40,000 bases of DNA from Candidatus Altimarinota bacterium (GCA_963677105.1 OY781871.1:469090-509089); one strand, 5' to 3'. Positions 26,206 to 35,805 are shown, numbered from the stretch's first letter. Numbers and translations: made by a program. The notes: a model not told the origin generated them from the letters alone.

Positions 26206-26671
26206 ATATCTATTTTTTCACGCATTGAGAAAAAAGCCAAACTTTTTTTGGACGTAAAATTTTCTCTCTCCCCATCAAAATGGGAACTCAGTCCTATTTA
26301 TATTTGACTTTTTTGTGCTTTTAGTCTATTCTACAAGTGTTCCTTGGCTACTTTTACAAAAGATCGTCAAGGATGATCTTTGATATATCAGAATTTAGAA
26401 AAAATAAGCTTTTATCTTTGGTGGCTATAAGCCACTTTTCACACCATTATATCGCTGTTTTTTCCGAATCGAGCAGCTGCTTCATTTCTTCTCCTTTTGT
26501 CATTGTGGACTTGCTCCACAATCCATCTTTAAAAAATTAAATTCAGGATGAAAAGCCGAAAGTGACGCGCCTTCTCGATTCGGAACGGTAGCCTTTCCTC
26601 TACCAATCGCCAAGTCGATGATTCCGTAAGTAAGAAAAAACAAAAAAAATAGAATCCCAAAGGAGGGACCA

Positions 26672-29600
26672 ATGTTTTCTACAAAAAAAGGGATTGTGGT
26701 CATCCTTATAATGACCATCGCTGTTTTGGCTTTCGGCCAGAACATGGAATACGAAAATCATGGAACAATGACTGTTGGCGGAGGATCATATCTTCGTCAT
26801 AATTGGGTACAATTACCCAATGGTGACAACTACGTTCGCTGCACAACCAATGGCGTGTCAACAAATGTTGAGTTATATGCCGGATGGACATTAACGTTTA
26901 ATGGCGTTACAAATCCATGTATGGCGGAAGACGATGGCACAATTTATTGCGCTGTTAGTCAATATGACGCAACCACAATTGGCGGAGTCACATATCCTGA
27001 TCCTCCAAACAATGAATCACGAGTTATTCTCGTGAAAATTAGTTCAAGCGGATCTGTCTTAGATTCATGGATCACTTCTGACCATGGATTTGAGCTGAAG
27101 AATATCGCAACGAATGGCTCCGAGATAGCACTTGTTGGACACGCTGACCCATCATTAGAACACCTCTCCTCCCCAATCGGCGGAGGCGTTGTTCTCATCC
27201 ATGATGGAAACAACTGGGATCCCACGAAGGGTTTCTATATTGAAACCCCTGCTAATGGATTTCGTCCGGTTGTCACCGATGTTCAATTTCTCTCAAATGG
27301 AAATTTGGCCTTAAGTGGGGAATGGACAGGCGGAACACTGTCTTTCGGCGGACTTTCTCGTTCTCCTATCGGAGGAGAGGATATGTTTCGTGGAGAAATT
27401 AGCACCGCTGGTGTTGGTATTTCCGTTGTTAACTCTGGTGGTCTTAGTGGTGATTTCGATAATATCTCTATCACCAATGCAAATGGTGATTATATGATCA
27501 CTGGGCTGTATTGTAGCTCTACATCACTAACTACGTTCTATAACGCAGACGAATCGGTTGGAGGAACTATTGATGTTCATCCTGTTGGCAACTCACATGA
27601 TCAAATGTATTTTGCATTCTATGACGCTTCTGGCGTATTGCAGAATGTAGAGTATGTATACAACTCCAACGAAGATCTACGTAATGTAGACGTCGCTTGT
27701 AGCGACGGATACTTTTACGCCATGATTAGCAATGAAAATGGGGGAACTGTAGTAACTCCAACGGAAAGTCACTCTCAGCTAGCTCCTATAATGCTTAAGT
27801 TTGATTCTGTGGGAACTCCCATATGGTCAAAGCAGTATGAGGGAACCTCTGCTCAATACGGAGAAGAAATTCTCGTGAGCGGAGATATCGTGACCATTTG
27901 TGGTCTTGAGTACGGAACATCCGATCTCGATTTCGATGTCAACAACGTAGTCAATGTGTCCAATACTAGCTATTGGGCTCGTTACTTCGACGGCGTCGTA
28001 GTTGGACCAACCGCAGATTTCGTTGGAACTCCAACCACAATCGTGGAAGGAGAAAGTGTTTCCTTTACGGATTTATCCGGAACTGGAACAAATCCAATCA
28101 CTTCTCGCTACTGGACATTTGGAGACGATGGAACTTCTAGTTCTACTAATCCAACCAATACTTATGATGATCCCGGAATATACACAGTTTCTTTAACTGT
28201 TTCCGACGGCGACCTATCAGACACTGAAACGAAAACTGCGTATATCACTGTGATTGCGCAAACTTTGTCATTAACTCCAACATCAGAAGATGTTACTGCT
28301 GCGGCTGGTTCTACCAGCTTTACAGTTTCATCCAACGGTGGATGGAACGCAGAGGAAGCCTGTGGCTGGGCTACAATCGCCCCCGCCTCCGGAAACGGAA
28401 ATGGAAGCATTGCGGTCAACTATCAGGAAAATACAACAACGGTTAGCCGAAGTTGTGTTGTAACTGTAACAGCTGACAACGGTCTTGAGGAAGTGTTTAC
28501 ACTGACTCAAGCTGGAGCAACTCCTGTGTTGGTTTTTGATCCTACAACAACGAATGTTTCAACTGTTGCTGGGAACGCTGTTTCTGTCTTGAGTACTAAC
28601 GAGGCTTCTGCTTCATTAGTTATCTCAGGATCAGGTGCTGCTGTAAATCCAACAACCGTTGTAACTGGTGACACAAATGTAACGGTTTCATATCCAGCGA
28701 ATCTGGACATGGCAACTCGATCGTTTGTTGTAACCGCCACATCAAGTCCTCACGGACTTGTTGAAACGTTTACCGTTGATCAAACTGGTGTTGATGCGTT
28801 TATCGTATTGACCCCAGATAACGCGAACGTTCCAGCTTCTGCTGGTTCTGTAAACGTTACGATTGATTGCCCGGGCGACCTTGCTTGGACAATTGATGGA
28901 TTGGCTGATTGGATAACCGTTGACGAGTTAACCGGAACAGGACCTCAAGATATCTTGATTTCCTACGAAGAGAATGAAGAAGAAACTCCACGTTCAGACG
29001 ACTTCACTGTCGCTGGATCCGGGGAAACTGCAATGTTTTCTCTGAGTCAAGTAGCAGCAAACGCTCCTTTGAGCGGAACTGCAACTGCGTCTCCAGATGA
29101 AATATCTGTTGGTGCGGAAATTCAGCTGTCAGCCCAGGGAACTGGCGGAACTGGGAATTATTCTTATTCCTGGACCTCTGTTCCTGTTGGTTTTACATCA
29201 ACAGAACAGAGCCCGACAGCCACTCCTGTAATTCATACAACGTACTCTTGCGACATTTTTGATGGCGAAGATGCGTTTGTAGCAGAAGTTGACGTAATTG
29301 TTCATCCACTTCCTGTGGTTGATTTTTACGCCGACGACGTAACTCCAACTGTTGGTCAGGTAGTGCAGTTCACTGCTGACATTACTTTCCCTTCTGGAGC
29401 ACTTGGTGTTTCCACTTACGAATGGGACTTCGATGATCCCACAGGTGAAAATGGCGGATTCTCCAATGAGGAAAATCCAGGCTACGCATTTGCCGAAGAT
29501 GGGAGCCACGACGTGAAGTTGACCATCTGGTTAACGGACGGGACAGTTACTTGGGAACAGAAGATTGATTACATCACTATCACCGTTGGTGTTGATGATG

Positions 29601-29878
29601 AACATGTGACTCCGGTCACAACTTCACTCTCGAACTATCCCAATCCGTTCAACCCAACTACTACAATTCGTCTTCAGGCGAATGCAAACGTGGAATGGAA
29701 ATCCCTTGGCGTTTATAACATCAAGGGACAGTTGGTTAAATCTATAGATGTGGACCGTTTACGCGGAACACAAAACATAGAGATAAAAATGGACGAGAAT
29801 GCTTCTGGGGTATATTTCATGCGTGCTACTACGTATGATGGAAAGAATATGCTTCACAAAATTTCTCTTTTGAAATGA
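26672..29878 (+). CDS. Giant secreted protein: SBBP-like propeller region, 2 PKD domains, 3 BACON-like Ig modules, T9SS-type (type A) C-terminal sorting domain
   Basis: Signal peptide MFSTKKGIVVILIMTIAVLAFGQN and a strong SD AAGGAGG. PKD domains at about 28000-28255 and 29300-29590 (WTFGDDGTSS, YEWDFDD). BACON-like modules at 28261-29050. C-terminal domain at about 29620-29875 (NYPNPFNPTTTIRL...GVYFMRATTYDGKNMLHKISLLK). Confidence 0.8.
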   Translation: MFSTKKGIVVILIMTIAVLAFGQNMEYENHGTMTVGGGSYLRHNWVQLPNGDNYVRCTTNGVSTNVELYAGWTLTFNGVTNPCMAEDDGTIYCAVSQYDATTIGGVTYPDPPNNESRVILVKISSSGSVLDSWITSDHGFELKNIATNGSEIALVGHADPSLEHLSSPIGGGVVLIHDGNNWDPTKGFYIETPANGFRPVVTDVQFLSNGNLALSGEWTGGTLSFGGLSRSPIGGEDMFRGEISTAGVGISVVNSGGLSGDFDNISITNANGDYMITGLYCSSTSLTTFYNADESVGGTIDVHPVGNSHDQMYFAFYDASGVLQNVEYVYNSNEDLRNVDVACSDGYFYAMISNENGGTVVTPTESHSQLAPIMLKFDSVGTPIWSKQYEGTSAQYGEEILVSGDIVTICGLEYGTSDLDFDVNNVVNVSNTSYWARYFDGVVVGPTADFVGTPTTIVEGESVSFTDLSGTGTNPITSRYWTFGDDGTSSSTNPTNTYDDPGIYTVSLTVSDGDLSDTETKTAYITVIAQTLSLTPTSEDVTAAAGSTSFTVSSNGGWNAEEACGWATIAPASGNGNGSIAVNYQENTTTVSRSCVVTVTADNGLEEVFTLTQAGATPVLVFDPTTTNVSTVAGNAVSVLSTNEASASLVISGSGAAVNPTTVVTGDTNVTVSYPANLDMATRSFVVTATSSPHGLVETFTVDQTGVDAFIVLTPDNANVPASAGSVNVTIDCPGDLAWTIDGLADWITVDELTGTGPQDILISYEENEEETPRSDDFTVAGSGETAMFSLSQVAANAPLSGTATASPDEISVGAEIQLSAQGTGGTGNYSYSWTSVPVGFTSTEQSPTATPVIHTTYSCDIFDGEDAFVAEVDVIVHPLPVVDFYADDVTPTVGQVVQFTADITFPSGALGVSTYEWDFDDPTGENGGFSNEENPGYAFAEDGSHDVKLTIWLTDGTVTWEQKIDYITITVGVDDEHVTPVTTSLSNYPNPFNPTTTIRLQANANVEWKSLGVYNIKGQLVKSIDVDRLRGTQNIEIKMDENASGVYFMRATTYDGKNMLHKISLLK

Positions 29879-29952
29879 TAACTTTCTAAATTCTCACCAT
29901 CTCAATTGATATCTTCGGATAAATGTTGAGTAGTGCGAGTATATCAAACATG

Positions 29953-29980
29953 AAGCACCGGATCCGTCCGGTGCTTTTCT
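29953..29980 (+). terminator. Rho-independent terminator of the T9SS-CTD gene
   Basis: AAGCACCGGA-TCCG-TCCGGTGCTT, then TTCTTCG. Confidence 0.75.
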
Positions 29981-30058
29981 TCGTATAAATTTTTATTTAT
30001 GCACTTTCCTTCCGGAAGAAGTTTTGACCGCTTATGTGTTTTTCATATGATAAAAATA

Positions 30059-30457
30059 ATGCGCACAACCCTCGCTAGTCTCTGCATTTTAGGAAAACTC
30101 TCTCTTTTGGGATGTTTTTCTCTTTTCGGAGGACATTGTGGTGTTGCAGAAGCGGCAGAAATTTCTCCTTGCCACCAAGTGGCAACCGAAAAACATGTTG
30201 GAGAGGAAGAACACACTCCTCCATGTGGACAATGTGAAAATTCTGTAAAAACGTGGTCAACGCCCGTTTCTGTTTTTTCTGCTGAAAAGAAAATCTATGT
30301 TCCTGCGACATTTGTTTTCCCACCGTATGCATTTCAAAAGGAACTTCCTTGTAATAAGATCGTACTTAGTCCTGCAAAGCGACCACCCGACGACTTGTTT
30401 ACTCGAACTTTTCAACGCGTTGCCAAGTCGACGCAATGGCGGAGTTCTGAGCACTAA
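30059..30457 (+). CDS. Hypothetical exported Cys/His-containing protein
   Basis: MRTTLASLCILGKLSLLGCFSLFGG is signal-like, followed by SPCHQVATEKHVGEEEHTPPCGQCE. The start choice (30047 or 30059) is uncertain. Confidence 0.4.
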   Translation: MRTTLASLCILGKLSLLGCFSLFGGHCGVAEAAEISPCHQVATEKHVGEEEHTPPCGQCENSVKTWSTPVSVFSAEKKIYVPATFVFPPYAFQKELPCNKIVLSPAKRPPDDLFTRTFQRVAKSTQWRSSEH

Positions 30458-30523
30458 TTTTTAAAAAACGACAACGTAATTTCTGAAAAATGAATTACGA
30501 TATTTCTTTAATTTAATTTTATA

Positions 30524-30778
30524 ATGAAAAAATACTTTATGATTTTCGGTCTTGCCCTCGTCGCAGGAATTGGCATTTTCGCTCTCACAGACAGTCTCGC
30601 TGGAACAGATCTCTTGACGAGCATTATTCCAACAGAAACTTGTGATGACGGAATGTGTGGCAATTCAGACTGTGATTGTCCCAAAAAAATGGATCCATCT
30701 TACGCAGAAGGTTGCCCGATGAAAGCGGCAAAAACAAAAACTGTTGGATGCGGATGTGCGAAAAATTCGCGTTCGTAA
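30524..30778 (+). CDS. Small membrane-anchored or secreted cysteine-rich protein (7 Cys in 40 aa)
   Basis: N-terminal hydrophobic helix, then ETCDDGMCGNSDCDCPKKMDPSYAEGCPMKAAKTKTVGCGCAK. It has its own terminator. Confidence 0.5.
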   Translation: MKKYFMIFGLALVAGIGIFALTDSLAGTDLLTSIIPTETCDDGMCGNSDCDCPKKMDPSYAEGCPMKAAKTKTVGCGCAKNSRS

Positions 30779-30806
30779 GAATAAAATTCAGTTTTTATTG
30801 AAAGAA

Positions 30807-30840
30807 GGGGGAGAAATCCTCTCTCTTTTTTTATTTTTTC
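30807..30840 (+). terminator. Rho-independent terminator
   Basis: GGGGAGA-AATCC-TCTCTCT (7 bp, 2 G-U pairs), followed by TTTTTTATTTTTT. Confidence 0.6.
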
Positions 30841-30864
30841 ATTCCCACATCGCAAGAACGATTA

Positions 30865-31302
30865 CTAGTGGTTCCATTTAAATAGTTCTTTTACTGTCAA
30901 GAGCGCTGCACTGATGGCACTTTTGTCAAAGTTAGGAGAAGACAATTCCTTCTCCATTTGGGAAATAAGATCTTTCAATTTCTGTTGTTCCTCTTCATTA
31001 AATTTTGGAGGAGGCGTGGCAGCTCGATAATAAACCTTCATCATGTCGACCAAATCTTCTAAGAATTCTTGAACTTCTTCTTTGTTATCATAATCGAGCG
31101 TTCTCCAGTCTTCTTTTTCTCTCCCCCCACAAAAGGCATTTACATTTCTTGCAACTCGCCTTATTCCAACTTCCCCCTCTTTCCACTCTTCAAGACGCTT
31201 TTTTATTATTAATCCTGCTTTTTGCCAATATTTTTTATTTGAATGTAATTCAGATTCTTTTGCTGTCCGTCTTGGAATGGGATTCGTTTTTGCAAGTACC
31301 AT
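30865..31302 (-). CDS. Hypothetical protein, translationally coupled to purL
   Basis: 145-aa ORF. Its ATG is 2 nt after the purL stop. Charged and helical; no family recognised. Confidence 0.45.
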   Translation of the reverse strand: MVLAKTNPIPRRTAKESELHSNKKYWQKAGLIIKKRLEEWKEGEVGIRRVARNVNAFCGGREKEDWRTLDYDNKEEVQEFLEDLVDMMKVYYRAATPPPKFNEEEQQKLKDLISQMEKELSSPNFDKSAISAALLTVKELFKWNH

Positions 31303-31304
31303 CT

Positions 31305-34223
31305 TTAAAATTTAGAAAACGTCTCTCGATACGCATCACTCAATTTCTCTACAGAAACTGCATCAAGTCCCGCAATAACTAAGTCATCTCCAGCAACTTC
31401 TCCAATCTCAATCGCTTCTGGGAAAAGTTTTTCAAGCTCCCCAACTTTGTTTGAGGCGACGGAAACAAGGAATCGCGATTTTGATTCAGACCACATTGCT
31501 GTAGATAAATCTTCTGAAATTTTCGATAAATCAACGTGAGCACCAAGCTGTCCTGCTACGCAAGATTTCGCTAATGCTGTCGCCAATCCTCCTTGCCAAA
31601 CGTGTTGAGAAGAAGCGAGCAATCCGCTCTGATGCGCCACAAACATCCGATCGTAACGATCTTTTGATTCTTCTGCATTTAATACCGGAACAATAGAGTC
31701 TTTCAGTTCTTTCATATTACTAAACTCAGAACCTCCAAATTCAGCGCTCGTTTCGCCGATGACAAATATTTTGTCTCCTGCCATTTTCCAATCGATCGTT
31801 TGTACTTTGTTCGCATCTGGAATCACGCTTAATGTTGAAATCAAAAGCGTTGGCGGAACGGAAATTTTTATCTCTTTATCGTTCGCGTCGTATCCGCGGA
31901 AGTCGTTAAACATTGAATCTTTCCCAGAAATATATGGCGTTCCATAAATGGTTGCTACGTCATAACACGCTTTTGCTGTTTCTAAAAGCTGACCAAGTCT
32001 CTCGACTTCATCAGAACTGCACCAACAAAAGTTATCCATAATCGCCATGTGATCTATGTTCGCTCCCGTCGCAACTGCTGACGCAACTGCGTCATCAATC
32101 GTCGCCGCAGCCATTGCATACGGATTCATATTCGTCATCCGTGGGTTCAACGCGTGAGATGTCACAACCGCTTTATTCGAAGTCAAAACTGGACGAACAA
32201 CTGCCGCCGCGCCATTCACTCTCCCTTTTCCTTGAAACGGTTTGACCACGCTTCCACCAAGAACTTCGTGATCATATTGCTGAGAAATCCATTGATTAGA
32301 CGTCACATTCGGTCGTTTCAACATTTCTACGATGTCCGCAGAAGAGGTTTTTATTTCCAGTGTTGCTGGTAATTCATGTTGTTTCCACTCAGCTTTCAGT
32401 TGCTCTCGTGGCCATCCTGTAGCGAGAAAATTGAGGGAAAGATCAAAAATCTTTTTCCCATCCCAGAGAATTTGTCCTCTTCCGCTGTCAGTAAATTTCC
32501 CAAGAACGGTTGCCTCTACTCCGTGTTTTGTAAATATTTTTATAAATGCATCTACTTTCCCCTGCGGAACAGAAAATGTCATTCGCTCTTGAGATTCAGA
32601 AATCCAAATCTGCCACGGCTCAAGATTCGGATATTTCAATGGAACTCTCTCCAAATGAACTTCAAATCCTCCCGCTTCTTCCCCAAGTTCTCCGATTGTT
32701 CCAGAAATTCCTCCTGCTCCACAATCGTGAACCGAGTTGATAAATCCACCTTCGCGCAAATCGTAAATAACTGCGTCTGATAATTTTTTTTGTGTAATCG
32801 GATCTCCGATTTGAACGGCTGTCGCCGGACTTCCTTCATCCAATGCTTCTGAACTAAATGTCGCTCCATGTACTCCATCCATTCCAACACGTCCTCCAAC
32901 GACAACGATTGCGTCGCCCGCTTTCGCTGATTTTTCACTTGAATCGGTTCCGTCTAAATTCCGTGGAATAAGACCGATTGTTCCCGCAAAAACGAGTGGT
33001 TTCCCCGCATATCCATCATCGAAATACGTAAAACCAAGTGGCGTTGGAATTCCTGACTGATTTCCTCCTTCATTCACTCCCTCCACAACTCCATCGAGGA
33101 TTTCTCGCGGTTGAAGAATCGGATTTGATTTCTTTTTTCCGCGATACAAATCGAACGTCTTTCGTGGGTCGGCTGTACAAAATCCATATCGATTAATTAC
33201 TGGTTTCGAACCACGTCCATATCCAATACAATCACGATTTACTCCGACAATTCCTGTCATCGCTCCTCCAAGTGGATCAAGCGCTGATGGAGAATTGTGC
33301 GTTTCCATTTTATCTGAAACAACCCACTCATCATCAAAATCAATTCCTCCAGAATTGTCTGAAAAAACCGAAACACAGAAATCGTCTTTCCCTTTGTTCT
33401 TTCGAATATCTACGGTCGCTTGGCGAATAAATGTTTTGAAAATTCCTTTCTCGTGTTCGTTGATTGGGTTTGCAAAAATGGTGTGTCGACAATGTTCTGA
33501 CCAAGTTTGAGCAATCGATTCCAACTCAATGTCGAACGGGTTTCGTCCTTCTTCACGGAAATAATCTCGAATCGTGTGTAGGTAAAGAAGCGACAAAGCA
33601 AGTGGTCCACGACGTGTTCCATCTGGAGAAAGAATTCCTTTTTTTCCGAGCTCAATAAGTTCTTCGTCTGAAACTTCCAGATTTACTTCCATCGGCGCGG
33701 CTGGTGCGTGCAACTTTACTTCTGGAGCAAAAATATCCATTCCTCCGTCTTTCTGAAATGCTTCGTGTGATTTCACAGAAATTCTTTGGATAAGCGGATT
33801 CGCAAAAAGTCTTCCTATTTGTTGCGCTTGTTTCTCTGAAATGTTTCCAGAAACATAGAGAAGTACGGAACTATAAGCGTTTTCATGTGGCACGTTAAAC
33901 TTTATTCCGAATTTGTTTTCAATAGATTCTACAACTGTCGATCCGACATTATCAGTAACTCCTGGCAAGAACCCGATTTCAATCGCCCAATCAAATTCTC
34001 GAAATATGTCCGGATCATCAATATTAAATGATTCATAAACAGGATTTGTAAGCATTTCGCCAACTTTTTCCTGCTCACTTGGTTCAAATTCTCGAACAAT
34101 TGTGTAAATATTTGTTGTCGCTAATTTGGTTATTTGAAATCCAGCTGCCTGAATTTTCGTTTGGAAACTAACCGCACGATTATCTTGTACGGTGTTCTCG
34201 ATCTCGATGCGAAATGCGTTCAT
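31305..34223 (-). CDS. purL: Phosphoribosylformylglycinamidine synthase, PurS-like N-terminal region fused to PurL (no glutaminase domain)
   Basis: ESIAQTWSEHCRHTIF, HNSPSALDP, and the AIR-synthase-like duplicated core. About 200 aa precede the core as a PurS-like N-terminus. The start is trimmed to 34223. Confidence 0.88.
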   Translation of the reverse strand: MNAFRIEIENTVQDNRAVSFQTKIQAAGFQITKLATTNIYTIVREFEPSEQEKVGEMLTNPVYESFNIDDPDIFREFDWAIEIGFLPGVTDNVGSTVVESIENKFGIKFNVPHENAYSSVLLYVSGNISEKQAQQIGRLFANPLIQRISVKSHEAFQKDGGMDIFAPEVKLHAPAAPMEVNLEVSDEELIELGKKGILSPDGTRRGPLALSLLYLHTIRDYFREEGRNPFDIELESIAQTWSEHCRHTIFANPINEHEKGIFKTFIRQATVDIRKNKGKDDFCVSVFSDNSGGIDFDDEWVVSDKMETHNSPSALDPLGGAMTGIVGVNRDCIGYGRGSKPVINRYGFCTADPRKTFDLYRGKKKSNPILQPREILDGVVEGVNEGGNQSGIPTPLGFTYFDDGYAGKPLVFAGTIGLIPRNLDGTDSSEKSAKAGDAIVVVGGRVGMDGVHGATFSSEALDEGSPATAVQIGDPITQKKLSDAVIYDLREGGFINSVHDCGAGGISGTIGELGEEAGGFEVHLERVPLKYPNLEPWQIWISESQERMTFSVPQGKVDAFIKIFTKHGVEATVLGKFTDSGRGQILWDGKKIFDLSLNFLATGWPREQLKAEWKQHELPATLEIKTSSADIVEMLKRPNVTSNQWISQQYDHEVLGGSVVKPFQGKGRVNGAAAVVRPVLTSNKAVVTSHALNPRMTNMNPYAMAAATIDDAVASAVATGANIDHMAIMDNFCWCSSDEVERLGQLLETAKACYDVATIYGTPYISGKDSMFNDFRGYDANDKEIKISVPPTLLISTLSVIPDANKVQTIDWKMAGDKIFVIGETSAEFGGSEFSNMKELKDSIVPVLNAEESKDRYDRMFVAHQSGLLASSQHVWQGGLATALAKSCVAGQLGAHVDLSKISEDLSTAMWSESKSRFLVSVASNKVGELEKLFPEAIEIGEVAGDDLVIAGLDAVSVEKLSDAYRETFSKF

Positions 34224-34303
34224 AAATTCGTAAAAAATACGCCAATAGTGTAGTGTCTTTCTCTTTTTTAGCAACGAAAATTTCCGTTAATTATAACATT
34301 CCA

Positions 34304-34338
34304 TTTTTGCACTTTGTACTTTGTAATTTGATATTTTA
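34304..34338. repeat. Heptamer-phased array D (5 units)
   Basis: TTTTTGC ACTTTGT ACTTTGT AATTTGA TATTTTA. The last unit overlaps the metG stop (34336-34338). Confidence 0.6.
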
Positions 34339-35805
34339 TCCCTCCTCCGCTCGCTGAAACAAAATCCCTGCTTCCCCGACCCTTTTCTCGTCACCAATCA
34401 TCTTCCACATTTTTGGTGCCGTTTCTGGCAAAAGAATTTCTGACATCTTAGCAATTGTTTTTAGATGAAATAAAAGTCGTGCAAAAACCTGCGTTGCCCC
34501 TTTTGGATCAGTTTTAAATAATTTCCATGGCTCTTTCTCGTTTAGCAGTAAATTTGCTTTACTCGCCTCATAAAACATCTCCTCAATTGCTGAACGCAAA
34601 GATTTGTCCTCCATATATTGATTGAAAAGAACTAAGTCGTTTTGAACATCTTGCTTCTCTCTTACCATAGTTACCCACTCTTCATTTTCGGGATTCATTG
34701 GTGCCCATTCTGGAGTTTGCCCGTCTAAAAATTTATGAATCAAAACGATTACTCTATTAAAAAGATTCCCAATTCCTCCTGCTAATTTCTTGTTATACAA
34801 ATCGTGAAATTGTTCTTGTGAAAAATCTCCATCATTCCCAAATTCAAATAAAGACAACAAACCAATTCTCACAGCGTCATTCCCATATTTTGTGGCAAGA
34901 TCGAGTGGAGAAATCACGTTGCCCAAAGACTTTGACATTTTCTCTCCATCGACCGTGAAAAATCCATGAGCGAATTCTTCTGTTGGCGTTTCAATTCCCG
35001 CAGAAATCAACATCGCTGGCCAAATCACACAATGGAATCGTGTAATATCTTTCCCGAGCAAGTGAAGTGTATTTGACCAAAATTCATCATTGGGACAACC
35101 TGTTCGATAATTAATCAACGCATCAAACCACACATAAATTTTGTGATTTTCGTCCCAAGGAAGAGGAATTCCAAATTCTGCTCCTTCTCGACTAATAGAA
35201 ATGTCTTCGAGTCCTGCTTTTATAAAGGAAATCACTTCGTTACGACGCTTTTCTGGTTCAAGAAGTTTTGGATTCTTCGTGAATAGTTCGAGCAACTGAT
35301 CTTGATATTTCGAAAGTCGGAAAAAATAATTTTCTTCTTCTACCGCTTTCGGTGCTTTTTTGTGATCTGGACAATGTCCATTTTCGTCTAAATCAGAGGG
35401 TTTTAAAAAAGTTTCACATCCAGTGCAATAAAGCCCTTCATATTTTCCTTTGTAGATATCTCCTGCTTCATGAATTTTATTCAGAATTGCATGAACTGTT
35501 TTGTGGTGCCGTTTTTCTGTCGTACGAATAAAATCATCAAACTCAATGCCAATGTTTTTCCACGTATTTTTCCAACGAGCAGACATTGATTCCAAATATG
35601 GAACAATCTCTTCTCCAGCTGCGGCAGCCGCATCGACTGTTTTCTGTGAATTCTCATCTGTTCCGGTAAGAAAAAAGACACTTTCTTTTCCCAACTTCTG
35701 TCGCCAATATCGCGCCAATGTGTCAGCTGCCAGGGTACAATACGCATGTCCAATGTGTGGGACATCGTTTACATAATAGATTGGGGTCGTAATAAATTTT
35801 TTCAT
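34336..35805 (-). CDS. metG: Methionine--tRNA ligase (short form, no C-terminal tRNA-binding domain)
   Basis: PIYYVNDVPHIGHAY (HIGH motif), KMSKS, and the zinc knuckle CTGCETF...HCPDH. Confidence 0.93.
   Translation of the reverse strand: MKKFITTPIYYVNDVPHIGHAYCTLAADTLARYWRQKLGKESVFFLTGTDENSQKTVDAAAAAGEEIVPYLESMSARWKNTWKNIGIEFDDFIRTTEKRHHKTVHAILNKIHEAGDIYKGKYEGLYCTGCETFLKPSDLDENGHCPDHKKAPKAVEEENYFFRLSKYQDQLLELFTKNPKLLEPEKRRNEVISFIKAGLEDISISREGAEFGIPLPWDENHKIYVWFDALINYRTGCPNDEFWSNTLHLLGKDITRFHCVIWPAMLISAGIETPTEEFAHGFFTVDGEKMSKSLGNVISPLDLATKYGNDAVRIGLLSLFEFGNDGDFSQEQFHDLYNKKLAGGIGNLFNRVIVLIHKFLDGQTPEWAPMNPENEEWVTMVREKQDVQNDLVLFNQYMEDKSLRSAIEEMFYEASKANLLLNEKEPWKLFKTDPKGATQVFARLLFHLKTIAKMSEILLPETAPKMWKMIGDEKRVGEAGILFQRAEEG

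Noticed and set aside
26337-26540. 67-aa ORF (and the overlapping minus-strand 81-aa ORF at 26500-26745) in the long intergenic region.
   Set aside because: There is no SD or promoter context and the sequence is low-complexity. The region is better explained as a structured 5' UTR or regulatory DNA.
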